Source: Pavona decussata
Lineage: Eukaryota
Assembly (NCBI GenBank): GCA_977016875.1
Contig: CDRNST010000218.1
Coordinates: 1,860,001 to 1,924,000 of the forward strand
DNA length: 64,000 bases
Reading direction: 5' to 3'
Position numbers and translations under genes: made by a program. How positions within the stretch are numbered: the first letter of the stretch is position 1; each line of letters starts with the position of its first letter. Below the pieces are notes generated by a model. It saw nothing but the letters and a program-made list of their open reading frames with translations. It was not told the DNA's origin and made no database searches. Shown here one piece after another: positions 12,305 to 25,000 of the stretch.

Positions 12305-14678
12305 TTTGCTAGTGCCTAGGCTCTCTCATGTCTTATTGTCCGCGCAAAACCTGAAGCGGAGCGGTCCCGTGTGCTCGTTGTCGAATCGTTGTCCACGATT
12401 AAAAACTTATTCGATAAACTTGATGCGATGTAAAACAATACAACCCGGATAACACATACAAATTTTACCAGTCAGATTTGTCGAACCCGGTAAAAATAAA
12501 ATAAAGGAGTCACGCTGGATGACGAATGATCGAGATATCGTGACATCTCAGAGGCCAGTGAAACACCTAATTAAGGGGCCGTCACGCAATAGCGTGACCA
12601 CCGGTTTTTGAAATGCCCGGGTTTTTTTTCTTCTTCAGTCGTAGTGGTCACCCATCCTAGACATTCAGGTGTCACTTGGTCTATTTCTCAGCTACTGAAA
12701 TCGAACGCTGAACTGATTTAATGCAGTTTTTGAATTTTCGCGGTTTCAGTACAGTCTGAGTTAGTCTGGGCTGTTCACTGTTATTAAAGTTCCAGGCTTG
12801 CAAAAAAAGATTGTTTTGAATCTCAAGGAATCGAGTATTAACTGGGTTAAAAAACCTATTTATTTGAACTTGAACTCAATATTGGAAGACTCGCTGCAAG
12901 TGAGCCGCGCATAAAGACCAGCTTCTCACGCAAGGATTCGAAAGGATCTTTGTAAGTGTCGAGTACCCGTTATGGCAGATAATTTTTTTTCCTACGAATA
13001 CCAGGTAATACACAGGCAGCCCAATCTCACAATCCGATAACATGAACGTGAAATCGATTTTGTATTTCGGTGAGAAAAGAGTCGTGTTGAAAGGCGGGAT
13101 TCTTGTCTGAGTTATCAGGGAATACGAACGAAATAGAAGGAGAAGTTCAGATGGAGAAACGTTGAGGGTATTTCGAGCTCGTTCGCGTATTTTTATTACC
13201 TCACTGTTAAAATCGTTGAGCCATGGGCGTCATGGGCCCTGGATGGTTTGACGGTATTAAGCAGCAATCAAGTCACGCCAAGTAGCGTAACGGAAGGTCA
13301 GCAAGACGACCGCTTATTAAGCCTTTTTGGCTTTCTTGTTGCAAAAGTGGGACTAACTATACAATAACAAATTAAAGATCTATCGAAGTAAATCACCCCT
13401 CTTTGCGTTTCAACATACTGCAACTGCCTTTTATTTTGACTCCTCTCTTTTCTGTGAGCCCCTCCTTGATGAGCTCTACTCGCCGCACTCGGGGTGCATT
13501 TGATTCTTTTGGGGACGATTGTGGCTATCTTAATTCCGGTTCAGGAATAACACAATAGACAGAATATCAGTTTCACCCCTTCATATTGTATTTATCGTTG
13601 GTTTGCGGGATGTGCATCACCTGTGAAGTTGATCTCTAACGTGGTAGAATATCAGTTCGACTGTATTTTTAAGCTTCATCTCCAACTTTACCATCACGCA
13701 AATTAAGGGGCGCGTTTTCGTTTTGGGCACTATTGCGGAATAGAAATACACGGAAGAGACGGTATTCATGTTCTTCTGAGAGCTATTCTGTTTTCGTAAT
13801 GAACAGAATAGTACTCCGTTGATTCTGCCCCTGATAGTCATAGCAGAATGAAAGAAATCAAGTTTGGTCAGAAAAGAGGAATTGCTTTCTTCTGGCCGAA
13901 GGTTTGTAGGTTAATGGAAATGGCCGGCGTTGCCTTCTTTGAAAATTCATTAGTCTTCATTAAATTTCAAAATGACGAAGAGCATGGAGCTCGTACGAAG
14001 ACGCGAACCTTTTCCAATTTATCTGTGGTATGTAGCAGGCCTTCAATGGTAATGCAAATGAATAAGTCGACTTCACGATAAATCAGAACCACGCTTTACA
14101 CGAACCTTTAAACGATGCTCAAATTACAGGAAAAATGAAACTCCTCGGAAAATAACTATATGGTTTCGAGCATACGCTGATATGGTAACCCACTGCTGGA
14201 AATGTGTTTGGGATATAGCGTAGGTCTTCTACTTTCCTCGAGTATTTTCGGAAGGCTTTGGTAATCTTTGAAACGGTCTGAGACTGTACAGGAAAATAAA
14301 TGTCCGACGCTTTTTAACACAGTACCGGCAGCGTGGGGTTGGTATCCTTCAGCCACTCAACTGAGAAATAAGGTAAGTAGAGTAATACGTACCCGCTTGT
14401 TTTTAAACATCTGCGCGTCTGAAAACTACGGTAGTTTAATACTGTAGTTTGCACCCTCAGAGAATGTGCACAGGTCCGAAAAAGGCGTGCAGGTCCCCTG
14501 CGTAACCAGTGAAAATGAGCATCGCATTTTTGCGTATGTTTTCGGAAAAACTTCGCTGGGTACTAAAGTCGATCTTTCGACAGTGATCATGGGAATTTCT
14601 AACGCTTAAATTTACCTAAGTTAAAACTTTCCATGAGAATGATCACAGGTTTAATTTCAATCTTTCTCAAACATGACT

Positions 14679-14684
14679 TTTATT
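14679..14684 (-). terminator. Candidate NXF1 polyadenylation signal (AATAAA)
   Basis: First AATAAA I found on the minus strand downstream of the stop, implying a ~1.4-kb 3' UTR. ATTAAA variants occur earlier. Confidence 0.45.
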
Positions 14685-15389
14685 ACAGGTTTGTAAACTA
14701 TTCAACATCACTGACTTTTATCTGACTGTGATAAGCCTAACAAATGAATTACTTTATACAACGCGACACTAGCAATGAAGTACAACTTAACAGGTAGAGA
14801 CTCCGATTTTTGTTTCCCAACCTCGAGACAAGATGAATATGAATTTTTTTCTTAAAATGTAATGGATAAACACGGTGGAAATTATAGAATTAGTGTTTTA
14901 ATAGTTACACATTCTAAGGCTAAGACACACTCACTTCAACAACCCGTAGTGTTTGGTAGAGGTAGCGACAACAGACGGTTTTTGTTTCTGAACTAGCTGC
15001 TGATAGTTTAACGTTTGACGTTGTTGTAACTACCACATGTACGCTGTCCGCTGCCCACTAACGCCTATACAAGTCCCTTAACAGAAACAATCTATTGCAA
15101 GCGGGAAAGTGGGATAGAGAGCAAGTACTAAAATCATCTGTTTTTTAATTCTGAGTGAGAAAGTGTCACGGGCACCAAACACTCCCACTAAAACACTTTA
15201 CAAGAGTGGAATAAGCTAAGATAACGTCATAAGTAACAATTCAAGCTAAAAATCTAGATAACAATGCTCACCAATAGTACAAATGGACGCCTTATATCAC
15301 TGATGAAAATCTAAACAAAAAGACTGCTAAAGATCACAGAAACTGGACGATCAAACATTTCCGTCCAACATCGTGGTTGTCGCATTTAA

Positions 15390-15686
15390 AGAGGAAGTGT
15401 CATGGTTTTTTCTTTTGCCTCTTTTGTTAAAAACAGTGAAAAAAGACCTCCACTTAGGTATAAAATAATTCTAGAACAACGAGAGGAAAGAAATCAACTC
15501 AATTCTTTAAAGGAACAACTCGTGATCTGTTCTAGCGCATTTTGGGAACAAATGCGAGAACTTGAAAACGTTTACCTAACAGTGGGGTATTAATTTATAA
15601 CAAAACGTAACAATTTTTTTGTTTCTGTTGACAGGCAAACATTTTTGGGTTTTGAAGTGACATCAAATTCGCGTGATACTTCCCCT
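15390..15686. mobile_element. TTAA-flanked MITE (Kolobok/piggyBac-like) nested in an older MITE (15343-15999) in the NXF1 3' region
   Basis: TTAA-agaggaagtgtca...tgatacttcccct-TTAA. The host element has inverted ends gatcaaacatttccgtccaacatcgtg and cacgatgttggacgaaactatttgatc. Confidence 0.7.
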
Positions 15687-16097
15687 TTAACGTTGGGTGG
15701 CTTAACGGGCAAACAATGTTTGACCAAACATCTTTGTTTTTAAGTAATACGTCGGCATCATCCAAATTCTGTTTTTGATTGGTTGCTTTTTCCCCGCTGG
15801 CGCAAGTTCAGTTGGAAACGGTGGTTAAGGAATAAAAAAATTGTTGGAAACGCAAAATGTTTGATGAAAATGCTTGATCTAGATCAAGCATAAAAAAATA
15901 AAATAAATTTTACACTGTTGAGAGAGGCGGCTAAACAATCAACCATGTTCTTCCAACACGATGTTGGACGAAACTATTTGATCATTTAGCCGGGGCTTAA
16001 TGTATGAACGCCTAAATTATAAGTTTGGGTTACGGTGAAAATAAAAAGTTCGTACAAATTATTCATCTGAATTAAAATAGAACTTTATCAGGAGTAG

Positions 16098-19000
16098 CTA
16101 TGGTGATTTCACAAATGCTTCAGGAGGTATACTCCCACTGGTCTGAAACATGACAACAAATCAACAAATCAACAAATCAACATTGTAACCAATTGCGGGG
16201 TAGCTTTAGCTATAGCGCACAAGTCTTGGATCTGGTGCTATCATACTACTATATAACTACATCGAATAATTATCCCCCCCCCCCCCCACCCAAAAAAAAA
16301 AAAAAAAATAGTGCACAAGTTCATAGCCAACCAAGCGTCTTGTAATGACTTTGTTGTGAGTTCGTAATCCTTTTTAATATACAGACAAACCCCGGAGCTT
16401 TACCAGAAAGAAGCATGGATTTTCGGCACAAAGTACTCACGACGTTTGTTCAACTTATCCTTAATGTACCGGTCAAATCAAAGCTTCAACACCCTCCCCC
16501 CGGGCATACTCCGGGCATTTGACCCCTTTGCCTTCCCGGGGATGGGGAATTTGATCCCCCATGCATAAGGGGTAGGGAAATTGTGGCTTCATGCGGCGCC
16601 GCTGTGATCATGATACGTATTTCAAGTATGTTCACAGAGTTTTCTCAGTTTTTATTACATTGGATGTGAATTATTTTCTGTTAATTTAAACGTTGGTTCG
16701 AGAACTGAAGGCGTTTCTGGCATCCTAAATTAATCCATGTGCGTGTGAAACTTGAGATACCACTTGCAAACACTGGCGGCATCCTCGATTATGTTTTTAC
16801 TCTAGAACTGAGCAATTTTGATCTCCGTATAATATTGTATATCGCTTAAAAACTATATACAATAGAATGGCTTATGTCCCCTGGGTGGGGGCATTTGACC
16901 AGCTATTTGGCTCGGTAAGGGGGGAATTTGAACACTAACTTTCAAAAAATTCAAATGCCCGGGGGGTTGAGATTCGATTTGACTGGTACATAAGTTCACC
17001 AGTCACAGTACATTATTCATCAATTCAGCAAAAAACTGATGCTCGATTCCTGTGATTTCCTTGTGAGTGCTCAGTAGTTATGAAATAAAGATGCTGCATA
17101 AAAATGCGAGATAAATGGCTTACCTTTAATGACGTAAAAACACGAGCAGCTTTTTCATAATCCCAATTATTTTCACTTAGACACCTATGTGACATAAAAA
17201 TGGTAAATATAAATGTAAAAAACATAGGAATAGTCAGTGTAAATGTCATTGAAAGAATTAGAAAGAGGTTATTGCAACTAAGAAGTGTCCTTTATGCCAG
17301 TAACAAAGATTTGACGAAAAATGGGTCTACTTTTTCCGGCTTTGTCTGGCCTCACAATAATTTATAACTCTCAGAAATTCAAGCAAGTAGCCTGGCCATC
17401 GCATCTTTTTGGCAAAAAGGAACCAGATTGTTGATATCAGCTACAAGAAAACAAACCAGTAGGCAGCTGGCCTTCTTTTTGTCAGAAAGAAATGGGACCT
17501 GGTGGGCGAAAAGGTTTAAAATTCTGGATTATCAAATGTTTGACAAAAGTGGAGCTGAGAACAGAATCGGTGGAATTCGGTGCAGTTCCTACTAGATATC
17601 AATCCACATAATGCATGCATAATGAGGAATAATCCTGCTGATTAAACATGCTACTTACTTGTACGACCACTCTACATTCATTGTGGACTGTTGTGAAAAC
17701 TGCAGTAACATTTCTTGTTGCTATAAACAATAGTTACACGAGAAACAAATGATGAAAGTCATGCCAAAGATGTCTCTCCCAATAAATAGATTGAGAGTAC
17801 AGTGCTTAATGCCTGGCTACTAATCAGATGCGATGTAGGATCAAAACTGTGTCAGACAGTTTCTTTTTGCTTACATAGGAAGGTCTGTCGAGTAGAAACA
17901 GTAGGTTTTTTAGCTTAATTCTGCAGTCACTGGGACTCTGATGAATTATGAAGGAATAATTACAAAATTAAAGAGTTAAAACAACACGTTTACCACAACA
18001 ACAACAACAACATGTTTACCTGAGGGGTGCATGTCGCTGGACTAGCCTGTGGTTGTGGTGTGCTTGTCGTTTTTGTAGAGACCGCAGGTTCATTGGCAGT
18101 GCGCTAAAGGGAAAACCAAATCCTCTATTCACTATCTCAATTTAACGTAGTTATTGTACAAGTGGCAGTTGAGGGGCACTTACATGATTTGAAATATTGA
18201 TGGTAAAATAAATATTATGGATCCTAGATATCCTTTCAATGGCAAGATATTAATAATCAAGTCTTTTTTTATAAACTGTTGGTTTTACAAATTTGCTGGC
18301 TACAGAATCGATAATAGCGTTGAATTTTGACGAATGAATTTCAACTAGCAATCACGTTAAATAATGTTCTCCTGAAGAAAAAAAAATAGCAAAAAAAGAA
18401 GAAACATTTTTCCTGCACTTTTGAGAGATATTAATGCCACGAAAGCACGGTTTCTTCTGAAAACATGAAAGGTCACGCCTATAAATCTTGGGTCACCTTG
18501 TTGATTTTCACATCATTTGCAAGGCATCTGGGATCAGTTATACATAAGTTCTAATGCAAAAAAAAAATGCTGCTTTACTTGATTTACGAATGATTACACT
18601 TGTAAAGGAAAAAAATGCCCTTCTATTCGCAATGTTTTCAAAATGAGCACACCTAACTTCTTCACTACTATCACCATGTAAGAAAAACCAAGTTAAACTG
18701 AAACGCAAATAAATTTCAACATGTAAATTGTACAAAATTTGACACGTTTAGATTCACTAACCTCAACTTGTGTTGATGATGCATTGCGAATATGAAGTTC
18801 ATCATTAATGATACTCAACCTGAAAAGTTTAAAGATTTTAAGATCATAAATAACAGTAGTACAACCTGTGAGCAGGTTGTCTAGTGCTTTACGCAATTGG
18901 GCAAGCGGGCAGGGCAGGAAGTGGCAGGCTCGAGTCATCCCCCTTCTGAATGCCTTTTTATTGCCCCCAAGCATCCTGATTTGAATTTCTAACCTGTTCT

Positions 19001-22000
19001 GTTAATCCGCAAATATGGCCGAATGTAATTTTGGCGAGTTAGGCTCGAGCCAATACGATCAGTGGTCTTGTTCAGTTGTGGCGGTACGTGACCTATGGGA
19101 TTTGAGTCGGTCCATAGGTCCTTGCAGGGGGGCGGTTTCTTGTTGTGCGTTACATTTGGCTTACAATTTAGCTCCTGGATCATTTGCTGTGCAGCGAATC
19201 GTTGCGGATTCTTGCCTGTCTTTTAGTAACTGCAAGTTCTTGCTTGACGCGTAGCGATCGAGACGCGGCGTTAGACGCTATTTCGCCAGATGCGTTGGTT
19301 AACATGAAAAATCCCTGTTAGACTGCAAAAAGTTCGAAAACCGCGTGTACGTGAACGAGGGATTAAGTAAAAAAAATACAGTTTGTAGTTTAAATAATTG
19401 TTGTTGCTGTTGCAGAATTACAGGAAAGCAAAGCTCGTGCACTGATTACTTATAAAGGAAAAAAATCAGTTCACTTACGCTTTTCCACCTGCAGCTGGAA
19501 CCGCAAGAAAGACTCTTGCAAACGACCTTAGGGTTTTTGAATCTGCAAAAACAACAAATCAAAACTGAATTAGATCACACCACTCTACGGCTATACACAA
19601 CCAAGTTTTTCTTGGCACGTTTTCGTGTGTAAGGGAAAATTTGGCAAGTTTTTCCCTGTCAAGTCTCCTTGTTGAAAAACTTGGCATGCCAAATGGTGAA
19701 ACTTGCAGGTATGTACGGTCCAAACAAAAACCTAAAACTTACCTTAATGAAGGTAAGAAGTGATCCTTGAACAATTTTCAGAAATACCATGTCCAGACAC
19801 CCAGGAAATGGCATCAAAAATAATTAAATACCTGGCAGTTCATGATTGTTATTCAAACAATTTTGTTTTCTGTATGTTACTGCTGCAGAAACGCAATTTA
19901 CGTTTTGTTTCGGGAAGAATTCTTTCTTCGTTTTCTGAAGAAACTGCCCGGCAAGCTAGGACCAAAAATGCCGATTGCCTTTCACTTATAACCGTAAATC
20001 CACAGTGCGGACAGCAAACAATAAAGCTATCTGTCTATTGGGTATTGAAAACTACTACTGAAACTTAACTGTGAAGGGTGGCCACTTACAGTACTAGATA
20101 CTCAGCAGGCCACTGGAAGTCGACTAAGTAGCGTCACTGACCAAGCTTATAAACATTGCCTAAGTTATTTTCCTTGACTCAAGTGTCTATATGCTGCCTA
20201 AGTAAATCGCTATCCGACTACATAAAAGACGATTCTTTAGTTTTTAACTGTCACGACTGATTATACAATAAACAGATAGGTCAACAAGCAATTTAAAAGA
20301 AAGCGAACATTTATTTTTATAGGCAGCACTGCCTAGAACAAAACCTGCCAGGTTTGAACAATGCTCACTTAGCACCGCGCAACAAATCTCGCACAGTAAA
20401 AATCACTTTCAACTGATAATTTAAGTTTTAATTTTTCAATTCTTTGGTTTTAACCTTCCTTGTCCAATTGGAAACAATATGAGCACCATCCACATGTTAA
20501 ATTCCTGTTTTCAATGTTCAGGTGTTGATTTCAAGAATTGGAGAACGTTTAAGGCTCTTTTAAGTTATGTTTATGATCCACCATGGTTACAAATGTACAA
20601 CAAAGTAATGCTAACTTACTCTCCAGGAACAATCCTCTGACAGCAAATGAAAGGCAAGTGGGCTGAATGAAAAATAACAGTAGAGGTTACATCACAGCAG
20701 CAGAAATCCCTACAACCTCTTTTAAAAATAGGCAGTCTCAGACTGCATGTGTCTACTGCAGTACTGGTATAGAAATGTGATATAAAAGAATTGAAGAAAA
20801 GGGAAATAAGACTGAAATGAAAACGAAGAGGGAGGAGTGGAAATAGGATAGAGATAAAAAAATGGTTGTAAAAATGTTGCACAGAATACTGGTGAGATTG
20901 AGATTAAGCTGGTATCGTTTACCACAAACATTTTGTATGAAGAGAACTGTAACTTTATTGTAACATAACCAATATATTATATAATCTTACAACGTGAACC
21001 ACAACTTTGTACTGAAAGCAATGCAGCAAAGTTCTAAACATAAAGTACCGAAAGCAAAGTTCTAATTTGAAACGTAGGCATAAAATTCAACAGAAACTAT
21101 TAATTAATCTATACTGAACTTATGAATGGCAAGTATCATTCTTTAACCCTTTGACTCCTGTCGTGTTTTTATAGTTTTCGCAGTGGATAAATAAATATCG
21201 TTGGCTTCTAAAATTAACTGCATATTAAACTGGAATGATTAAACAAATGTTTTCTGACGTAAAATAATATGGTTACCTGAAAAACACACTTGAACGCAAA
21301 AATTGCTAAATTCACGGCATGTTGATGAAGACCTTTGGCATATCAAATTTCAACCCGCTTATGCAAATTGTCCTTGATTACGCATCTGTCGCTTCTCAAA
21401 CGCATATATGAATTGACAAAGACACAAAAAGCTTTTCCAACAAAACATTTTATTGAAATAAACGATGCATTTGCTATTAGAGGCAAAAAAACTTTCAGTT
21501 TTTTTGCGTGCGTGCAAACACGCATATAAAATTTAAAGACACTCCGTGTTTGCTCAAATAAAGCGATCACTCGCAGTAATATAGGGCACGTTTGCGATGA
21601 AAATAACAGAAGTTACATAATTCTGGTTCAAATCATCACTTAAACTATTTGTAAAAAGCAAATCAACATCGGAAAACATCATTTACCGTATTGTTGCCAT
21701 TGTCCTGATCCGGAAATACAATCGCTTAGATCTCGGTCAGTCGAGCCGATTAGCGTCGGCTTTCGATAGGATTCTATTTGGGATTACTGTGGCATTTACA
21801 CTCTTACACTCTTTCACTCTTTCACTCAACCCGATGACATTGTGTCTACGCTTCTCTAGAAGCCGTAGACACAAAAATTAAACGTTTTTCAACTATTTAA
21901 CCGCACGGAAGACATCCGGGTTCCACAATGCTAACAAGATAAAACATTAACTTTGCTGTTTGGACAGTCTATTTTCCAGCACTTAAGCAATTTGGAATTA

Positions 22001-25000
22001 CCACATAGTTTATTTTTCAGCAAATATTCCTCTTTTTTGTAGTGTACTGCTATACTTCAGTTCAGGTCAATGCTGTAGTCTTGTGGTGTACTCGTAAGAC
22101 GTTCCAGCTGAAAGCAGCTCTCCTGTTTTCTTCCTCTCCTTTTCCTCTCTTTGCCCAGGTGCACTGGTGTCACAGTGATCATGGGATCACTCCTTTGCAG
22201 TCTGAATTGAAATTTGCGACAGTACTATGTCGCTATCTTCAACAATGATTGCGGACCTGTAGAGTTTGAGATAATGGGTCTACTGTATGCCCCCCACCCC
22301 CCCCCCCCCCCCCAAACAAGGCACCAAGGATGCAGAAACACAGGATTTTAACTTTGCCTACATGGTTGTGCAAGGTAATGAAATTTCAAGAACGTTTACT
22401 AAAGTACTATAATTGGTTTACTGATATTTTTATTGATGCCATAAACATATTTAAAACACCTTTCTATCATCCTTCCCTAGTCCTATTAGCAGTGTAGGCT
22501 AACAGTCAATCATAGGATTCTGACAATGACTTACCAAAGCAAGGCTTACATCCACTGTGAAACTGGACAAATCATGTTTTGTCACTGGTAGCTCATTTAA
22601 AAATGCAACTACAGAGAGTCTTGAGTGCTTCAGGTAACTGTTTCGCCGCTCTATAATAAGCAGAAATATTCTTGAATCAGTGTCAAGTGTTATAGTCATC
22701 GTAGTCATCTGTGATTTATTCTTTTGTACAATTCACCGTACCAAAGTTCGCAAAAAATGTGGCTTCCTATTTGCCTATTGGCTGTGTTACGCTTGCAAGG
22801 TATTGTGGTAAATTGTGCAGCCGTCATCTTTTAGCCATGCGGTGGGCTGACGGTCTGTGTTGCACATTAGCTCACTTGTTATCATGGGCTTGACAAAATA
22901 GGGCAAGAGTTGACACATAAAACATCCTCTACCTAATAGTGATATTCGGCTATTGTTATACCAATATTGATAGTATGATGTCATGCAGTCATGTTGTAAT
23001 GTCATCCTTCAAGGTAGCATTCAAGCTCAGTGGAGTCAAGAATGCGTAGGTACAAGGCCATGTAATGGGTCGCAATACTCCACTCAAATTGAAGACTCAA
23101 CAGCACAAAAAAAAAAAGTTAAAATTGATTTTGCTTAAAGGGGAAGTATCACGAGAATTTGATGTCATTTGAAAACCCAAAAACGTTTGTCTGTCAACAG
23201 AAACAAGAAAATAATTGTCTAGTTTTGTTATAAATTACCACCCCAGTGAAACAAAACTGTCGATTAGAGCCTCTAGTCAGAGACACAGTAGGTCGGAATG
23301 GATTGAAAGTTGAAAGTATTAGGCTAATTTTTTCAAGTTCTCACATTTTTGTTTCCAAACAGATCAAGAGATGTTCCTTTCAAGTTAAGGTCTTATTTCA
23401 CCATTTTAAGAAAAGAGGTCAAAAGCACCATGACACTTCCCCTTTAAGAAAATGGTAAAATACTCAACACAATGTGGAATAGCCACGCCACATTTTGGTC
23501 TCCAGAGCATTATCAAATAAATGATAATGCTTGAGACTATATCAACATTTCAGGCAAACCCCAATGATGATGATATTGGGTATTCAGGATCAATACCTGC
23601 CAAATGTTTCCTGAAACACTACAAACTTAACCAAGAGGGATGCATTGTTACCTGGTTCAGCAACTCGTTTCAAGTTTCTGCTGTGTTTCATGTATTCCCC
23701 AAGAGATGGGCCCCTAAAAGAGAAGTTAGACTTTTAAGTAATCTTCCAGAAGAGACACGAAAGAGACACCCTCTCCTCCCTCCAGTTCTTTAACTACTAA
23801 AAGGACATTGTCCAATTTCAGTAGTGTCCATCCCCTGCCCATTCTGTTGATCTGTGATGACCTCCTTCAGCTAGTTTCCCACAAATTGCTTGTCTTTGTT
23901 GATAAACTCATCAGTAGAACCAAAGCCTGATTCTGTAAGTTGAAAGTCACAAGGATGTCACATGCAATGTGGGCATCATTGTACCATAGTTCAGGTAAAG
24001 TCAGCTCACAAAAGCTTACCCCTAACTGCAGCCTCTGCAAATTTCCCATTCAATATGAAAACTTGTTCAATTTGAAACATGTTAAACAATAATTATTAAC
24101 ATGCAAATGAGTCTCCATTTTGAACTTGGTCAATCACAACAACCCGTGGTACAGAGTATACGTACTCAGTGGTTTTGGTAAAAGTTAGTGGAATGTATCT
24201 AGGTTCAAAGGAAGATGACAGAAAAACGGTTTAACAAACTGCCTCGCTTAAGTGGAAGGTGGGTGCCTGGGATACCCAGGGGCTTCCACTGTGGTCAGCC
24301 AGCCCCTAGATAGAATATTGCCCCATGGCTGGCAAATGACTGCTGGATGCCCGCTAAGCTCGTGGGCTGCTTGACCGCTAAGCTTGTGGTGGTTAACTTA
24401 GTTAAAATACATTAAACCAATTTTAACTTACCTCTGACTACTGCGGTCCTTCATCATTGTTCCTGTGTTCACACACATGGAGAATATTGCCTGTTGAAAT
24501 TTATTGGCAGTTATTTCACCATGTTCAGTAACAGCTTATTGGATGCTACAAAAACATTGGACGGTAGCAGGAGGGTGCAAAGAGTCCTGACCCTTCTCTC
24601 ATATCTGAGCTAGTCCATTTTGTCTTAGTCAATGAAATAATTGCTTTAGATATGTTGATACCAAAGACCTACATAACTAAGAATTTATTATCAGTACACT
24701 GCCCTATTATAATTGAACCCGTGTAGGAACGAGTTTATATGCTGGAGATCATATTAGTGTGCTAAATAACTCACAGGTTCTCTTTGGATTGAAATCCCAC
24801 CTGATCATGATAAGCTTCAAGGAGACCTTGTCTGTCTTCTGTATCATAAATCTTAAAATACCTACAAAGGTCAATGTATGACACAAAAAAACAAAGCAAA
24901 ACAATGTTGATCACAAAATATCCTAATATACTATAAAGAAAAGACAAACACCACAATATTTGAAATACAGCTGAAGTTTTTAACACAATGACTTGTGTGA

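Noticed and set aside
14371-14378. Strong donor AG|GTAAGT on + in the SLC30A9-NXF1 intergenic region
   Set aside because: No associated ORF or downstream exon could be supported.
19031-19053. CGAG-TTAGG-CTCG resembles the telomerase RNA P6.1 hairpin
   Set aside because: There is no CTAACCCT template or U/A-rich pseudoknot upstream and no proper H/ACA ending downstream.
19213-19226. AAGACAGG(C) CTE-like words on the NXF1 sense strand (also ~40083-40092, and CTAACCTAAG ~39673-39682)
   Set aside because: The same word occurs outside NXF1 (~11685, ~59240), consistent with chance. The partner loop motif is absent.
22040-22257. Coding-looking stretch after an acceptor-like site in NXF1 intron 17 (poison exon?)
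   Set aside because: Stops occur in all frames and I found no convincing donor; probably TE debris.
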